Assembly: GCA_038243585.1 (NCBI GenBank) | Contig: JBBSQY010000005.1 | Coordinates: 1-64,000 of the forward strand | Direction: 5' to 3' | DNA from: Candidatus Sumerlaeales bacterium | GTDB taxonomy: Bacteria > Sumerlaeota > Sumerlaeia > Sumerlaeales > Sumerlaeaceae | Length of the DNA: 64,000 nt | Part shown: positions 40,377 to 50,384 of the stretch, piece by piece | Layout: the number at the start of each line of letters is the position of its first letter | Position numbering within the stretch: position 1 is the stretch's first letter | The notes under the pieces: model-generated | Told to the model about the DNA's origin: nothing | The model's database searches: none | Seen by the model: only the letters and a program-made list of their open reading frames with translations | Program-made: the position numbers and the translations under genes

Positions 40377-41491
40377 TGCTCATCCAGTCTCTCCAACTTC
40401 GCAATTTTCGCAACCTTCACAATATTGACGTAAATTTTGCGCCAGGCATTAACATCATCCACGGCTTTAACGCGCAAGGTAAAACAAATCTGCTAGAAGC
40501 TATTTATCTACTGGTGACCGGTCGCAGCTTCAGAACCACCAACGATCAGGAAATGATCCCCTGGAACATTCCCGATTATGAAGGTACATTGATCCGCGCC
40601 GTTATTTCTAAAGCAGCCGGGGATGAGCAACTTGCAGTCTTTTTTAACGGGCGCGAAAAACGGGTATTGGTAGATGGCAAATCCGTATCTCGCCTGGCGC
40701 AACTTATCGGGCGCTTGAATGCCGTATTATTTACACCCACAGATCTACTATTAGTACGTGGTGCCCCAGCGTTGCGTCGCCGATTCCTGGACATTGCCAT
40801 CGGACAGACGAGTGCTCAGTATCTCGATGCCCTGCAGACCTACCAACAGGTGCTGAAAAACCGGAACGCATTGCTAAAACAGGCTTCGTTTCGGCAAGTT
40901 GAGGTTAATGTTCAATTGGATGTCTACGATAAGCAGCTTGCCCAAACCGGTTCCGTAATAATGACGGCACGCCACTCAGCGCTGGTTGAACTTGGCAATT
41001 TTGCTACGGCTCATTACACGAAAATTGCTGATGCTAAGGAGACTCTGGAGCTAAAATACGACCCGGACATTCCTAGTGAAGCGCTGGAAAATCAGTCAGA
41101 ACTTCAGGGGAGATTTCAACAGCTGTTACAGCATACCCGATCCGATGACCTGCGGCGCCTTTCCACCTCCAGGGGGCCCCACAGGGATGATTTCCATTTC
41201 ATTATTCAAGATTTTGCGGCACGTCATTTCGCAAGTCAGGGGCAGCAACGCACTGCAGTTCTATCCACGAAAATGGCGGAGATGGATTATCTGCGCACTC
41301 ACACAGGAGAATCGCCTCTCTTGATGCTGGATGATCTAATGAGCGAACTGGACGAAAATCGCAAAGCGGCCCTTCTCGCACACCTTGACTCATCCCTCCA
41401 GATTTTTATAACAACCACTGATCCGGAGACAATCACCCGATATGCACCGGCTCAGAGATTGCTTAAAATGAGTGCAGGGATAATGCTTTGA
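40376..41491 (+). CDS. recF: DNA replication/repair protein RecF
   Basis: NFRN, G.NAQGKTNLLEAI, RRRFLD, GPHRDD, SQGQQR, LMLDDLMSELD. Confidence 0.97.
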   Translation: MLIQSLQLRNFRNLHNIDVNFAPGINIIHGFNAQGKTNLLEAIYLLVTGRSFRTTNDQEMIPWNIPDYEGTLIRAVISKAAGDEQLAVFFNGREKRVLVDGKSVSRLAQLIGRLNAVLFTPTDLLLVRGAPALRRRFLDIAIGQTSAQYLDALQTYQQVLKNRNALLKQASFRQVEVNVQLDVYDKQLAQTGSVIMTARHSALVELGNFATAHYTKIADAKETLELKYDPDIPSEALENQSELQGRFQQLLQHTRSDDLRRLSTSRGPHRDDFHFIIQDFAARHFASQGQQRTAVLSTKMAEMDYLRTHTGESPLLMLDDLMSELDENRKAALLAHLDSSLQIFITTTDPETITRYAPAQRLLKMSAGIML

Positions 41492-41759
41492 TCACCCCGC
41501 ATATTACCGCTTATCTTCAAAATGAGTATCAACGTGCGCTTCATGTATTATACTTAACCTTAGGTCTGAACTTAAAATAAGTTCGCCGTCATTCCGGCCC
41601 TGCGGGGCTGTCGCGTTTGATAATGTGTGCTAGAAAATTAGCTCATTTCAATTATCAGCAAAGTGGTTAGTGGTGTAAACGAAGTCTGTTTAACCAAATA
41701 TGTTGATGCGATATACTCAATCAGGCAGGGCTTTTAGAGAGCCAGGAGGTTATCAAACC

Positions 41760-44222
41760 GTGTACGATAAGACGCCATACACTCCCGGAATGCGGGAAGT
41801 TATAAAACTGAGCAAAGCTGAAGCAGGTCGCCTTGGCCATGATTATATTGGGCCGGAACATTACCTGCTGGGCATCATCCGCAAAGGTGACGGCCTGGCA
41901 GTTCAAACACTCCACAACCTGGAAGTCGACCTTGAGGACCTAAAACTGGAACTGGAACGGATGCTGGAAGTGGGGAAAGGTCCGAATATCAATCTTTTCT
42001 CTCCGAACGCAGAAGCCAAAAAGGTCCTGGAGACAACTAAAGAAATCGCCAGGAACATGAAGCACAATTGGATAGGCACTGAGCACCTTTTACTTGGCCT
42101 TATTAAGGAAGAAACCACTGTCGCCGCCCGCAGCCTTCGCCAGTTTAATGTGGATTTTGCAAAGGCGCAGCGTGAAGTGCTGAACGTGATCGACGGCAGC
42201 AATTCGACCACACCCAAGAGCAAGGATGCGCAGGAAAAGACGAAAACTCCGGCCCTTGATACGTTTGGCCGCGACCTTACCCAACTTGCCCGCGAGGGTA
42301 AACTTGACCCTGTAATTGGCAGGGAGGACGAAATTGAACGTATCTTGCAGATTCTCTGCCGCCGCACAAAAAACAACCCAATCCTCCTTGGCGAACCCGG
42401 CGTCGGAAAAACAGCAATTGTTGAAGGTCTTGCCCAAAAAATCATTTCGGAAGATGTGCCGGATATATTGACCGGCAAGCGTCTCCTCTCCCTAGATCTT
42501 GCGGCCGTAGTAGCAGGCACTAAATACCGAGGGCAATTTGAAGAGCGCTTAAAAGCCATCATGCAGGAAATACGACGCAGCCAGGATGTGCTTATTTTTA
42601 TCGATGAGCTCCACACTTTGGTTGGCGCTGGCGCGGCAGAAGGAGCAATAGACGCCAGCAACATGCTTAAGCCGGCCCTTAGCCGTGGTGAAATCCAGTG
42701 CATCGGTGCAACAACTTTGGAAGAATACCGCAAATATATTGAAAAAGATGGAGCGCTGGAACGTCGTTTCCAGACCATCACGATTGAACCGCCGACCCCG
42801 CAGGAAACTGTTGAAATAATGAAGGGACTTCGCAGCCGGTATGAAACCCATCACGGTGTGATCATTAGTGACGAAGCATTGGAAGCCGCGGTATATCTGA
42901 GCGATAGGTATATCACAGAACGCTTTCTCCCGGATAAAGCTATTGACGTGGTCGATGAAGCCGGCAGCCGCGCCCGCCTTAAAATTAACACGAAGCCTGC
43001 AAACATAAAGGCTCTTGAAAAGAAAATCACGGACCTTGATGAGGAACTGCGGGCGCTGTCAAATCAGCATGAGTTTGAAAAGTGTCAGGAGATTAAAGTT
43101 GAGCGCGATGAGGCCGTTGCGGAGAAAGACAAGCTCGGCAAAGAGTGGCACAACATCAAAAACAACCGCGAAAATACCATAACCATAACTGCCGACGACG
43201 TAGCTGAAATCGTGAGCAAGTGGACCGGCATTCCTGTCTCTAAACTTGAAGAAGCGGAAATGCAGAAACTGCTTAAGATGGAAGAAGAACTTGGGAAACG
43301 CGTCGTCAGCCAGAAAGAAGCAATATCCGCGATCGCCCGCGCAATTCGGCGCGCTCGCGCAGGCTTAAAAGATCCAAACCGCCCAACGGCCTCATTTGTT
43401 TTTCTTGGCCCAACGGGCGTAGGCAAAACGGAGTTAGCGAAATCTCTGGCATCATTTATGTTCGGAAACGAGGACGCCTTAATCCGAATCGACATGAGCG
43501 AATACATGGAGAAGTATTCCGTCAGTCGCCTCCTGGGAGCGCCTCCTGGATATGTTGGATATGAAGAGGGTGGACAGCTGACGGAGAAAGTTCGTCAGCG
43601 GCCTTATTCGGTGGTTCTTCTCGACGAGATAGAAAAAGCGCATCCGGATGTTTTCAGTCTTCTGCTCCAAGTCCTCGATGACGGGCGTCTAACGGACTCA
43701 TGGGGTCACACTGTCGACTTCCGCAATACGGTCATCATCATGACTTCCAATGTTGGAACCCGTAAGATCAAAAAAGGTGGTACCATGGGGTTCCTTGCGG
43801 ACTCTGACATGGAGGATTACGAAGCTATAAAAACAAAAGTAATCGGGGCAATGAAACAGTTGTTTAATCCCGAATTCGTTAACCGCCTTGATGAAGCTAT
43901 TGTATTTAAATCGTTGGAACGAGATGATATTGAAAGCATCGTAGGCATCATGATGGAGCGCGTGAACAAGCGGATAACCGAACGTAACATACACGTCACC
44001 TTATCAGATGCGGCGCGGCTGTTTCTCGTGGATAAAGGATATGATAGCGAATATGGCGCACGGCCAATGCGCCGCACAATCCAGCGATACATCGAAGACC
44101 CCCTGTCGCAACTCATCATCGAAGGGAATTCGCCTGAAGGTGAAATTCTGGCGGAACTGGATGATGACAAGGAAAAACTCCTATTTACTCCTGTTGAAAG
44201 CCTTGCGGACAGCGCTACCTGA
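41760..44222 (+). CDS. clpC: ATP-dependent Clp protease ATPase subunit ClpC
   Basis: AGGAGGT RBS then GTG 41760; two Clp-N repeats, two AAA+ modules (GEPGVGKT, GPTGVGKT), short UVR-type middle region, MGF ClpP-docking loop. Confidence 0.95.
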   Translation: MYDKTPYTPGMREVIKLSKAEAGRLGHDYIGPEHYLLGIIRKGDGLAVQTLHNLEVDLEDLKLELERMLEVGKGPNINLFSPNAEAKKVLETTKEIARNMKHNWIGTEHLLLGLIKEETTVAARSLRQFNVDFAKAQREVLNVIDGSNSTTPKSKDAQEKTKTPALDTFGRDLTQLAREGKLDPVIGREDEIERILQILCRRTKNNPILLGEPGVGKTAIVEGLAQKIISEDVPDILTGKRLLSLDLAAVVAGTKYRGQFEERLKAIMQEIRRSQDVLIFIDELHTLVGAGAAEGAIDASNMLKPALSRGEIQCIGATTLEEYRKYIEKDGALERRFQTITIEPPTPQETVEIMKGLRSRYETHHGVIISDEALEAAVYLSDRYITERFLPDKAIDVVDEAGSRARLKINTKPANIKALEKKITDLDEELRALSNQHEFEKCQEIKVERDEAVAEKDKLGKEWHNIKNNRENTITITADDVAEIVSKWTGIPVSKLEEAEMQKLLKMEEELGKRVVSQKEAISAIARAIRRARAGLKDPNRPTASFVFLGPTGVGKTELAKSLASFMFGNEDALIRIDMSEYMEKYSVSRLLGAPPGYVGYEEGGQLTEKVRQRPYSVVLLDEIEKAHPDVFSLLLQVLDDGRLTDSWGHTVDFRNTVIIMTSNVGTRKIKKGGTMGFLADSDMEDYEAIKTKVIGAMKQLFNPEFVNRLDEAIVFKSLERDDIESIVGIMMERVNKRITERNIHVTLSDAARLFLVDKGYDSEYGARPMRRTIQRYIEDPLSQLIIEGNSPEGEILAELDDDKEKLLFTPVESLADSAT

Positions 44223-44245
44223 TACACATTTAAACGTACACCATC

Positions 44246-44276
44246 AGCGGTTGCCGGTTCATTACCGGCAACCGCT
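44246..44276 (+). terminator. 13-bp hairpin after clpC
   Basis: AGCGGTTGCCGGT-TCATT-ACCGGCAACCGCT; weak U-tract. Confidence 0.65.
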
Positions 44277-44376
44277 ATCCTGTTAACCTACGCCACTGCT
44301 TCCGGCTCATGGTTCTTTTGCTGAAAATGAAGTTTACACAATAACGCCTTTTATCTAATAACGGAGAAACCCTGAA

Positions 44377-45192
44377 ATGCCTGCCCATCATGTTAAACTT
44401 TTAACCCTTGTCGCAATTTGCGCTTTTTTGACTTCAGTTTTAAGTGGTCAAACGACAATTTCCTCGGTTCAACTTACTGTACCAATGGCTGAGCCTCCGG
44501 TAATTGATGGCAACGTCACGGCGGAGGAAAAAGGCAGGTCTGTCTCGGCATCTCTTGCGCAGGTGGGGGGGCTCGATAAGCAGGTACTTTATCCAACCGA
44601 AATGTTTGTGTCAGTTACAGTTTCTGGATTATATGTAGGATTTATCTCCGAAGAGCCCACACTGGATTCAATCATCACTAATGCTACCCGTGAGAACGGC
44701 GCCGTTTTTAACGATGACTCTGTACAGGTGTTTCTGACTCCTACCATGGATACGGCCGCCGACGCTTATTACCACTTCGCAATTAACCCGGCCGGGATCA
44801 GGTACAGCAATCATCTAATAACTCGGGAAACCGTGAGTGGCTGGCAGTCGGCGGTAACAAAAGGTGAAAAGAAATGGCAGGCGGAATTTTTTATACCGTT
44901 GGCTTCAATAAACGCCGCGTCCGAACTGCCCATGTGGAGGGCGAACTTTGCTCGAGTACGCCCAAGCCGGGGCAATCAGCCTGAGGAAATAAGCGCTTGG
45001 GTAAACCCCGGCGTATCGCTTCACAATTATAAAAAGTTTGGCTACTTGACAGTTCCCCGATTTATACCTCCTGCTCCCGCGGCACTCTCAACTCAGACCG
45101 CAACACCAGTAGCAATCGTAACCACCACTACAGTTACCGCCCCCGCAGCGCCAAGTAATGTGTCCACAGCAGAAGCAGGTGCGCCACAGTAG
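44377..45192 (+). CDS. Exported CBM9-like (DOMON-like) sugar-binding protein with Thr/Pro/Ala-rich tail
   Basis: Signal peptide, PVIDG, DDSVQVFL.P, YYHFAINP.G, W.AEF.IP, WRANFAR. Confidence 0.75.
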   Translation: MPAHHVKLLTLVAICAFLTSVLSGQTTISSVQLTVPMAEPPVIDGNVTAEEKGRSVSASLAQVGGLDKQVLYPTEMFVSVTVSGLYVGFISEEPTLDSIITNATRENGAVFNDDSVQVFLTPTMDTAADAYYHFAINPAGIRYSNHLITRETVSGWQSAVTKGEKKWQAEFFIPLASINAASELPMWRANFARVRPSRGNQPEEISAWVNPGVSLHNYKKFGYLTVPRFIPPAPAALSTQTATPVAIVTTTTVTAPAAPSNVSTAEAGAPQ

Positions 45193-45238
45193 TCTCGTCT
45201 CGCAAGGTTTCGATATAAAAGGTTACCCAGCCTGCTAC

Positions 45239-46831
45239 TTATGTGTTCCCGGAACCGTAGTAACGATTTGCAAACCGCTCTGCCGCATCTTGAGCCTGAA
45301 AAACAAGCACTCCAACATCGCCAAACTGTGCTGGATTTTCATTCCAGAAAATTTTTAGCTTCTCCGGTTTTTCGGGCCATAGGTTTTTATCCTCAATCAG
45401 CGCAAATGCCTGACCGTTCAGCACCATTGGTCCCGCTTCGCTACGACCATACTTGTGGATGTAATCATACGACCGCTGAAACCATCCACCGCTTAGATGG
45501 TTAAGACTACCAAGCCCTACCTTGTTAACATTAATATAGGCTATCGTTTTCGCCTGCATTCCATAAGGAATGTAATACGGGCCCGACACGAGCTGATGCT
45601 TCGCAATGGACGCCATTAAAATACCGTAAATTAAAAGCCCTCCTGCAAAGACACTGATAACAATTGGGATAGTATATCTCCTTACCCTATTGCCAAACGA
45701 AGGCAGAAGCAGTGGGAGAAGCCATCCCACAGGCAGAGTCCCCAAGAAATAACTGGCGTTGACCCGCTCCACAAAAAACCCAGCCGTTACGGCCGGTATA
45801 ACTACGCAGGATACTAAAACTACGCTGAACTTTCGCCAGGAATCTGCGGTGGACTGGCTTTTACGTCTAAATATCCAAAAAAAAGCGTACCCGGCAGACA
45901 GCAGCAAAAGACACAACACCGATAAGTCGTAGCACTTTATTACACTAAGTACTGTTCTGCTCAAGTGGTCCTGTATCCCCCAAACTGGTTCGATGCTGGA
46001 GTTGGATAATGACGCAACAACTGAATCCGGAATCCTTACGTACCAAGGAAGCGGGTCGGGCAGTATTGTCTCAAAATCCCGGACATAATCCGCTTTAGGC
46101 GCTGGGTTGTTACTTCGCATCCACCAGTTCACCCCGCTAGGGACCATAGTCGCAAAGATAAGCGCAGCCGGGATAAGTGCAGGCACCAAATACGTCAGTC
46201 TTGTCCTAAATCCAACTAACAAAAAACCTGCAGCCATAAAACAGAGAGGGGCAGCGCTGAAATGTATAGAGATCCCCCATGCCAACACTGCCAGCATGAA
46301 GCCTCCCGCGGCCCTACGTTGGGGCCAAGACCGCTCATCATCCATCGCCGTATCAAGTGCCAGCAACGCCCAGGCGGTAACTGGTGGTAAAAGATGCTGG
46401 GCCCATAGATTTCGCCCACCAAATACCGAGACCGGCAATATAGCAGCCAACACAGCCGGCAACCACAGAAGCGCGTCTGACCGGTATCTTTTGCCTAATA
46501 AAGCGAGAGGGAAAATCATAGTCGATGCTAAAAGTCCATGCCACGCAGTCGCCCAGCGTGGATCTGCCGAAAAGAAAAAAGCCGGCAATAATGACCAAAC
46601 GTACCCCGGCGCATTTTCAAATCCCATGCTGTTGACAATTCCTGTAAAGGGGAAGTCCGCGCGGAACGCGCCCATGGCTCGAAAAGCGACTTCCGCCTGA
46701 TCGTACCGGAACGTCATCAGGTCCAGCCGAACCCACCGCAGCGCAACCGCGCTACAAAACAACAAGCTGGTTATAAACCAGAACGCCCGGTCGTCAGGCA
46801 AAGCGCTTTCTGTCTGATCGTTGTTTAACAT
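45239..46831 (-). CDS. Polytopic membrane protein, probable GT-C glycosyltransferase (PMT/ArnT-like)
   Basis: TM1 followed by LR...F.YDQ acidic loop, G....S.G..N.P, about 11-13 TM segments, soluble C-terminal domain. Confidence 0.65.
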   Translation of the reverse strand: MLNNDQTESALPDDRAFWFITSLLFCSAVALRWVRLDLMTFRYDQAEVAFRAMGAFRADFPFTGIVNSMGFENAPGYVWSLLPAFFFSADPRWATAWHGLLASTMIFPLALLGKRYRSDALLWLPAVLAAILPVSVFGGRNLWAQHLLPPVTAWALLALDTAMDDERSWPQRRAAGGFMLAVLAWGISIHFSAAPLCFMAAGFLLVGFRTRLTYLVPALIPAALIFATMVPSGVNWWMRSNNPAPKADYVRDFETILPDPLPWYVRIPDSVVASLSNSSIEPVWGIQDHLSRTVLSVIKCYDLSVLCLLLLSAGYAFFWIFRRKSQSTADSWRKFSVVLVSCVVIPAVTAGFFVERVNASYFLGTLPVGWLLPLLLPSFGNRVRRYTIPIVISVFAGGLLIYGILMASIAKHQLVSGPYYIPYGMQAKTIAYINVNKVGLGSLNHLSGGWFQRSYDYIHKYGRSEAGPMVLNGQAFALIEDKNLWPEKPEKLKIFWNENPAQFGDVGVLVFQAQDAAERFANRYYGSGNT

Positions 46832-46931
46832 CGATAACTTATCGTCATGGGAAATTTGCGCTTACAAAGTCATTCTGAAGGTATCAGCAATTATAAGCAG
46901 TAAAGTCAATCAAGGAGCCGCCCCAGAACCA

Positions 46932-49067
46932 ATGGCAATCAGAACTCTGGACAAGGTCCTGAAAGTCATTCTTTCGGCAGGTATCCTGTTAAGTATCGGC
47001 GGCTATATAGGGTGGACTCTTGTTTCAGACAACCTGTCTGCTATCCAGGCGGAAATCCATCCACTGCTTGTCCTGCAGCAAATTGTTTCCCAAATAATGA
47101 ACGCGGCGCCCTTATCGGATTGGAATTTCCCATTTCTAAGCATTGGAATATGGGCCGTTTGGGTAATCAGCATCTACAGTGCTGGTCTGATTATTACTAA
47201 CAAATTTTCATACCGCAGCGATTCCGTTGCAAGCTCAGCGCAAGCGGTAATAAGCTTTGCCGTAGGATTTGTTTTTTATGGGATTTTGCAACTCGTCGTT
47301 GGCTTGGTTGGATACGCACGGATTCCATTAATTTTGATTTTCTTTATCGGCACCTTGATTTGTCTCGCGCGCCGAACACATCGAGATGAGCTGCTGCGCC
47401 TTCCCCGGGCGATGATTTGGCAATGGAAATCGCTGTCTCCGCTTGGACGGCTCGCCTGCGTTGCATTCATGCTGCCAATCTTTATGCTGCTTGCGCCAGC
47501 CCTACCCCCCCCGGTTCAATCAGACGGAATGCGATACCATTTGGGGGCAGTGCAGGAATACCTAAAACTGGGCGCGATTCAATATCTGCCCCACAATGCC
47601 TACAGCAACATGCCTTTTCTGGTGGAGATGCATTTTCTCGGAGCGCTGGCCTGCAATGCCCCGGAAGCCACTCAATTAATGCACATGACCCTAGCCATCT
47701 TTGCCGCCCTTGCCATTTATGGAATTGTCTTAAATCTGGCAGCAGACAGTCCCAAATCCCACACTGCTCGCTATATAAGCCTGCTGCCTTCCGCCCTGTA
47801 TCTCGGGACTCCCATGTCTGGCGTGCTGGCCACGTGGCCGTTTACCGACCATGGCATCTCATTCTTCCTACTGGCCTCTCTTTTAGCCGCCCTCATTTGT
47901 TCTGACGAGCCAGTATATAGAAAACCCTGGATTCTGCTGGGAGTTTGTCTCGGCGGGCTTATCGGGGTTAAATATACAATGGGCCCCGTTGCGGTTGTCA
48001 TTATGGCCATTCCATGGGTTTCCAGTGCCCCCCCCCGTAAAATACTGCTATTTAACACAGCCGTTGCGCTCGTCATTATGGCAATCATTGGTGGAACCTG
48101 GTATATCAAAAATGCTTTTTTTACAACAAATCCATTTTATCCGTTAGTATCCGCCTATTTTCCTGGCGGCGACTGGACATCCGCCAATGATCAGTTTCTA
48201 CAATCCAAAGCTGGCGCTAAAGGAATGGGTCGCGGGTTTGTCGATATGCTGCTACTGCCTTGGAACGCCACGTTTAGGTGGGTCGCCTTTGAAGCGCATA
48301 ATCCGGGCGTGACCATTCTAGTTGCAACCCTGACAGCGCTTTGCGCTATAATTTCGAACAGCAGTCGCAAGGCAAGCGCAAAAGTTCGATCTGTTCTGAT
48401 GGTCACGTTACTGACGTTTGTAATCTGGTTTTTCACCTATCAGAGTAATCGACTCCTCCTGCCAACCATTGCGATAGCCCTGTGCTTAACACCACTCCAA
48501 CTTCTTTCAGGGAAACGCCTTGCGACTTATTTCTATAGCAGCGCTATCGCCCTTGCAACCGCATGCGGATTTGCGTGGGCCATACAATGGTCGTGGGTAG
48601 CAACAGGCCTCACTCCCCCGCCGCTCCCTTATCTCCTCGGAGTGCAGGACCAGAAAACCTATCGCTACCATTCGCTGACCTACGCGCGAGCTTTTGATTA
48701 TTTAAATCAACACGTGGCCCTTGATGAAAAGGTACTTCTTGTTGGGGAACACAGAATCTTTGGTGCGCGCTTCACCGCGCTCTGGAGTGATTGGTTCGAT
48801 ACTCCCATGCTCGTTTCAATTCTACGAAAGAACAACATTTTTAGTACTCACGAACTCCTGACCCACCTGCGTTCCAAAGACATCGATTGGATTCTTATTA
48901 ATGAGCGAGAGCTCGCGCCGCAACTGACAAGTGCGTTTAAACCCTGGTTTTCCCCACGGGAATGGAAAATCTTTGAGGAATTGCGCTTATTAAAGGGAAC
49001 CGACATTGAGGTGATAAACCTTCCGCCCGGCGTCACCATACTTCATTTGACGGAGGCGGGAAAATGA
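46932..49067 (+). CDS. Polytopic membrane protein, probable GT-C glycosyltransferase
   Basis: PP...DGMRYHL acidic loop, G..KYT, WYIKN...T.NP.YP, Q..RLLLP, C-terminal YLN......KVL.VGE domain. Confidence 0.7.
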   Translation: MAIRTLDKVLKVILSAGILLSIGGYIGWTLVSDNLSAIQAEIHPLLVLQQIVSQIMNAAPLSDWNFPFLSIGIWAVWVISIYSAGLIITNKFSYRSDSVASSAQAVISFAVGFVFYGILQLVVGLVGYARIPLILIFFIGTLICLARRTHRDELLRLPRAMIWQWKSLSPLGRLACVAFMLPIFMLLAPALPPPVQSDGMRYHLGAVQEYLKLGAIQYLPHNAYSNMPFLVEMHFLGALACNAPEATQLMHMTLAIFAALAIYGIVLNLAADSPKSHTARYISLLPSALYLGTPMSGVLATWPFTDHGISFFLLASLLAALICSDEPVYRKPWILLGVCLGGLIGVKYTMGPVAVVIMAIPWVSSAPPRKILLFNTAVALVIMAIIGGTWYIKNAFFTTNPFYPLVSAYFPGGDWTSANDQFLQSKAGAKGMGRGFVDMLLLPWNATFRWVAFEAHNPGVTILVATLTALCAIISNSSRKASAKVRSVLMVTLLTFVIWFFTYQSNRLLLPTIAIALCLTPLQLLSGKRLATYFYSSAIALATACGFAWAIQWSWVATGLTPPPLPYLLGVQDQKTYRYHSLTYARAFDYLNQHVALDEKVLLVGEHRIFGARFTALWSDWFDTPMLVSILRKNNIFSTHELLTHLRSKDIDWILINERELAPQLTSAFKPWFSPREWKIFEELRLLKGTDIEVINLPPGVTILHLTEAGK

Positions 49068-50347
49068 AACGCCTCGCCGTACAATGGAGCCTTCTCTTCA
49101 TTGCTTCGGGCGTGTATGCATGGTTTGCAATATGGAATGTGTGGCCCGCTATTAACAGCAACGACTTCAAACACATCTTCTTCGGCATGAAAGCCCTGCT
49201 GGACACCAGCAGTCCATACCCTATCCAGTCTCTCCACCACCAGGCCGCGCTCCAGGGGTATCAGGGGCTATCATTCAATCCCTATGTTTATCTCCCCTTT
49301 ACTGGCCACGCTATGGCGTTTCTTGCTCCATTTCGCCTTGATCATGCTGTCGCCATATGGTTTTTACTTAACCACTTCTTTGTTGCCGGCTCCGTCCATT
49401 TCATTAGTTATATGTTTCCCCGTTGGCGCGTCGGAGCGGCTGGCGTTCTTCTGTTGAGTCTGGCTTTCAGCACCCCTCTTTATAGAACCCTTACAGCAGG
49501 CCAACTAAACGTGGCCCTCCTTTTCCTGATCTGCTTGTCTCTACACCTTGCAAAACAGCAAAAGTCGCTTTGGTGTGGGACGGTTATCGCCTTTGCCGCG
49601 CTTTACAAGTTAATGCCGGGCCTCTACGGGCTCTATTTTCTGCTTCGTCGACAATACCTAACTTTAGCCGCTATGGTTCTGAGCGGGTTAGTGATGCTTG
49701 GAGTTTCAGTGGCTTGGGCAGGCCCACGCATCTACGGGGAATTTTGGCCCGTACTGCGGCAAATGGGCTACGGCAGTTCGACGTGGCCTCATGTATTCTC
49801 TTTTTGGGATGACCCCCCAAACCAAAGCTTTAATTCCTTCTACTCACATATTTTCACGATAAACGACCACACTACGCCCTGGGCTACACTAGGTCAGTCG
49901 ACAGCCAATCTTGCGACAATTATAATCACCACGTTGCTCTTTTCAGCCTATCTTTTTGTGCTCGTCGCTCAACGTAAAAACAAACCTTCCTCTTGTTTTT
50001 CAAATTCTGATGAAGGAGCATGGGTATCTACTCTTATTCTGGCGCTCCTACTCCCGTCCCTTCTCTGGGATCACTACCTGGTTATGCTTATCCTCCCGAC
50101 GGCTTGGATTGTTAAAGTCGGATTACGCATTAATCGACCACTTGCTGTCATGGCAGCCGTTCTCTGCTACGGCCTTACGTGCATTCCATGGAATTTCGTT
50201 GCCCCACCCTGGCGAGCAGGTGTCGGCATTTTTCTCATGAGTATGAAACTATGGCCGACCATTGTACTGTTCGGGCTCAGTCTTTGCTTTACTCAGTTAT
50301 GTACAAAAGAAGCTACTCCCGCCCACATGAGTGAGCCTGGTATATAA
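49064..50347 (+). CDS. GT87 (DUF2029) family glycosyltransferase
   Basis: NDF loop, PY, YVYLP, GQLN, K..PG, NQS, P..WDHY; ATGA overlap with the upstream gene. Confidence 0.82.
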   Translation: MKRLAVQWSLLFIASGVYAWFAIWNVWPAINSNDFKHIFFGMKALLDTSSPYPIQSLHHQAALQGYQGLSFNPYVYLPFTGHAMAFLAPFRLDHAVAIWFLLNHFFVAGSVHFISYMFPRWRVGAAGVLLLSLAFSTPLYRTLTAGQLNVALLFLICLSLHLAKQQKSLWCGTVIAFAALYKLMPGLYGLYFLLRRQYLTLAAMVLSGLVMLGVSVAWAGPRIYGEFWPVLRQMGYGSSTWPHVFSFWDDPPNQSFNSFYSHIFTINDHTTPWATLGQSTANLATIIITTLLFSAYLFVLVAQRKNKPSSCFSNSDEGAWVSTLILALLLPSLLWDHYLVMLILPTAWIVKVGLRINRPLAVMAAVLCYGLTCIPWNFVAPPWRAGVGIFLMSMKLWPTIVLFGLSLCFTQLCTKEATPAHMSEPGI

Positions 50348-50384
50348 TTACAATAATACGTCCTACTGGAGATTCTAAGCTAAT

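Noticed and set aside
41903..42781. 292-aa antisense ORF in clpC and similar shadow ORFs (3420-4088, 5897-6562, 7064-7735, 46107-46700)
   Set aside because: Fully overlap well-supported genes and lack recognisable motifs; typical codon-bias artefacts.
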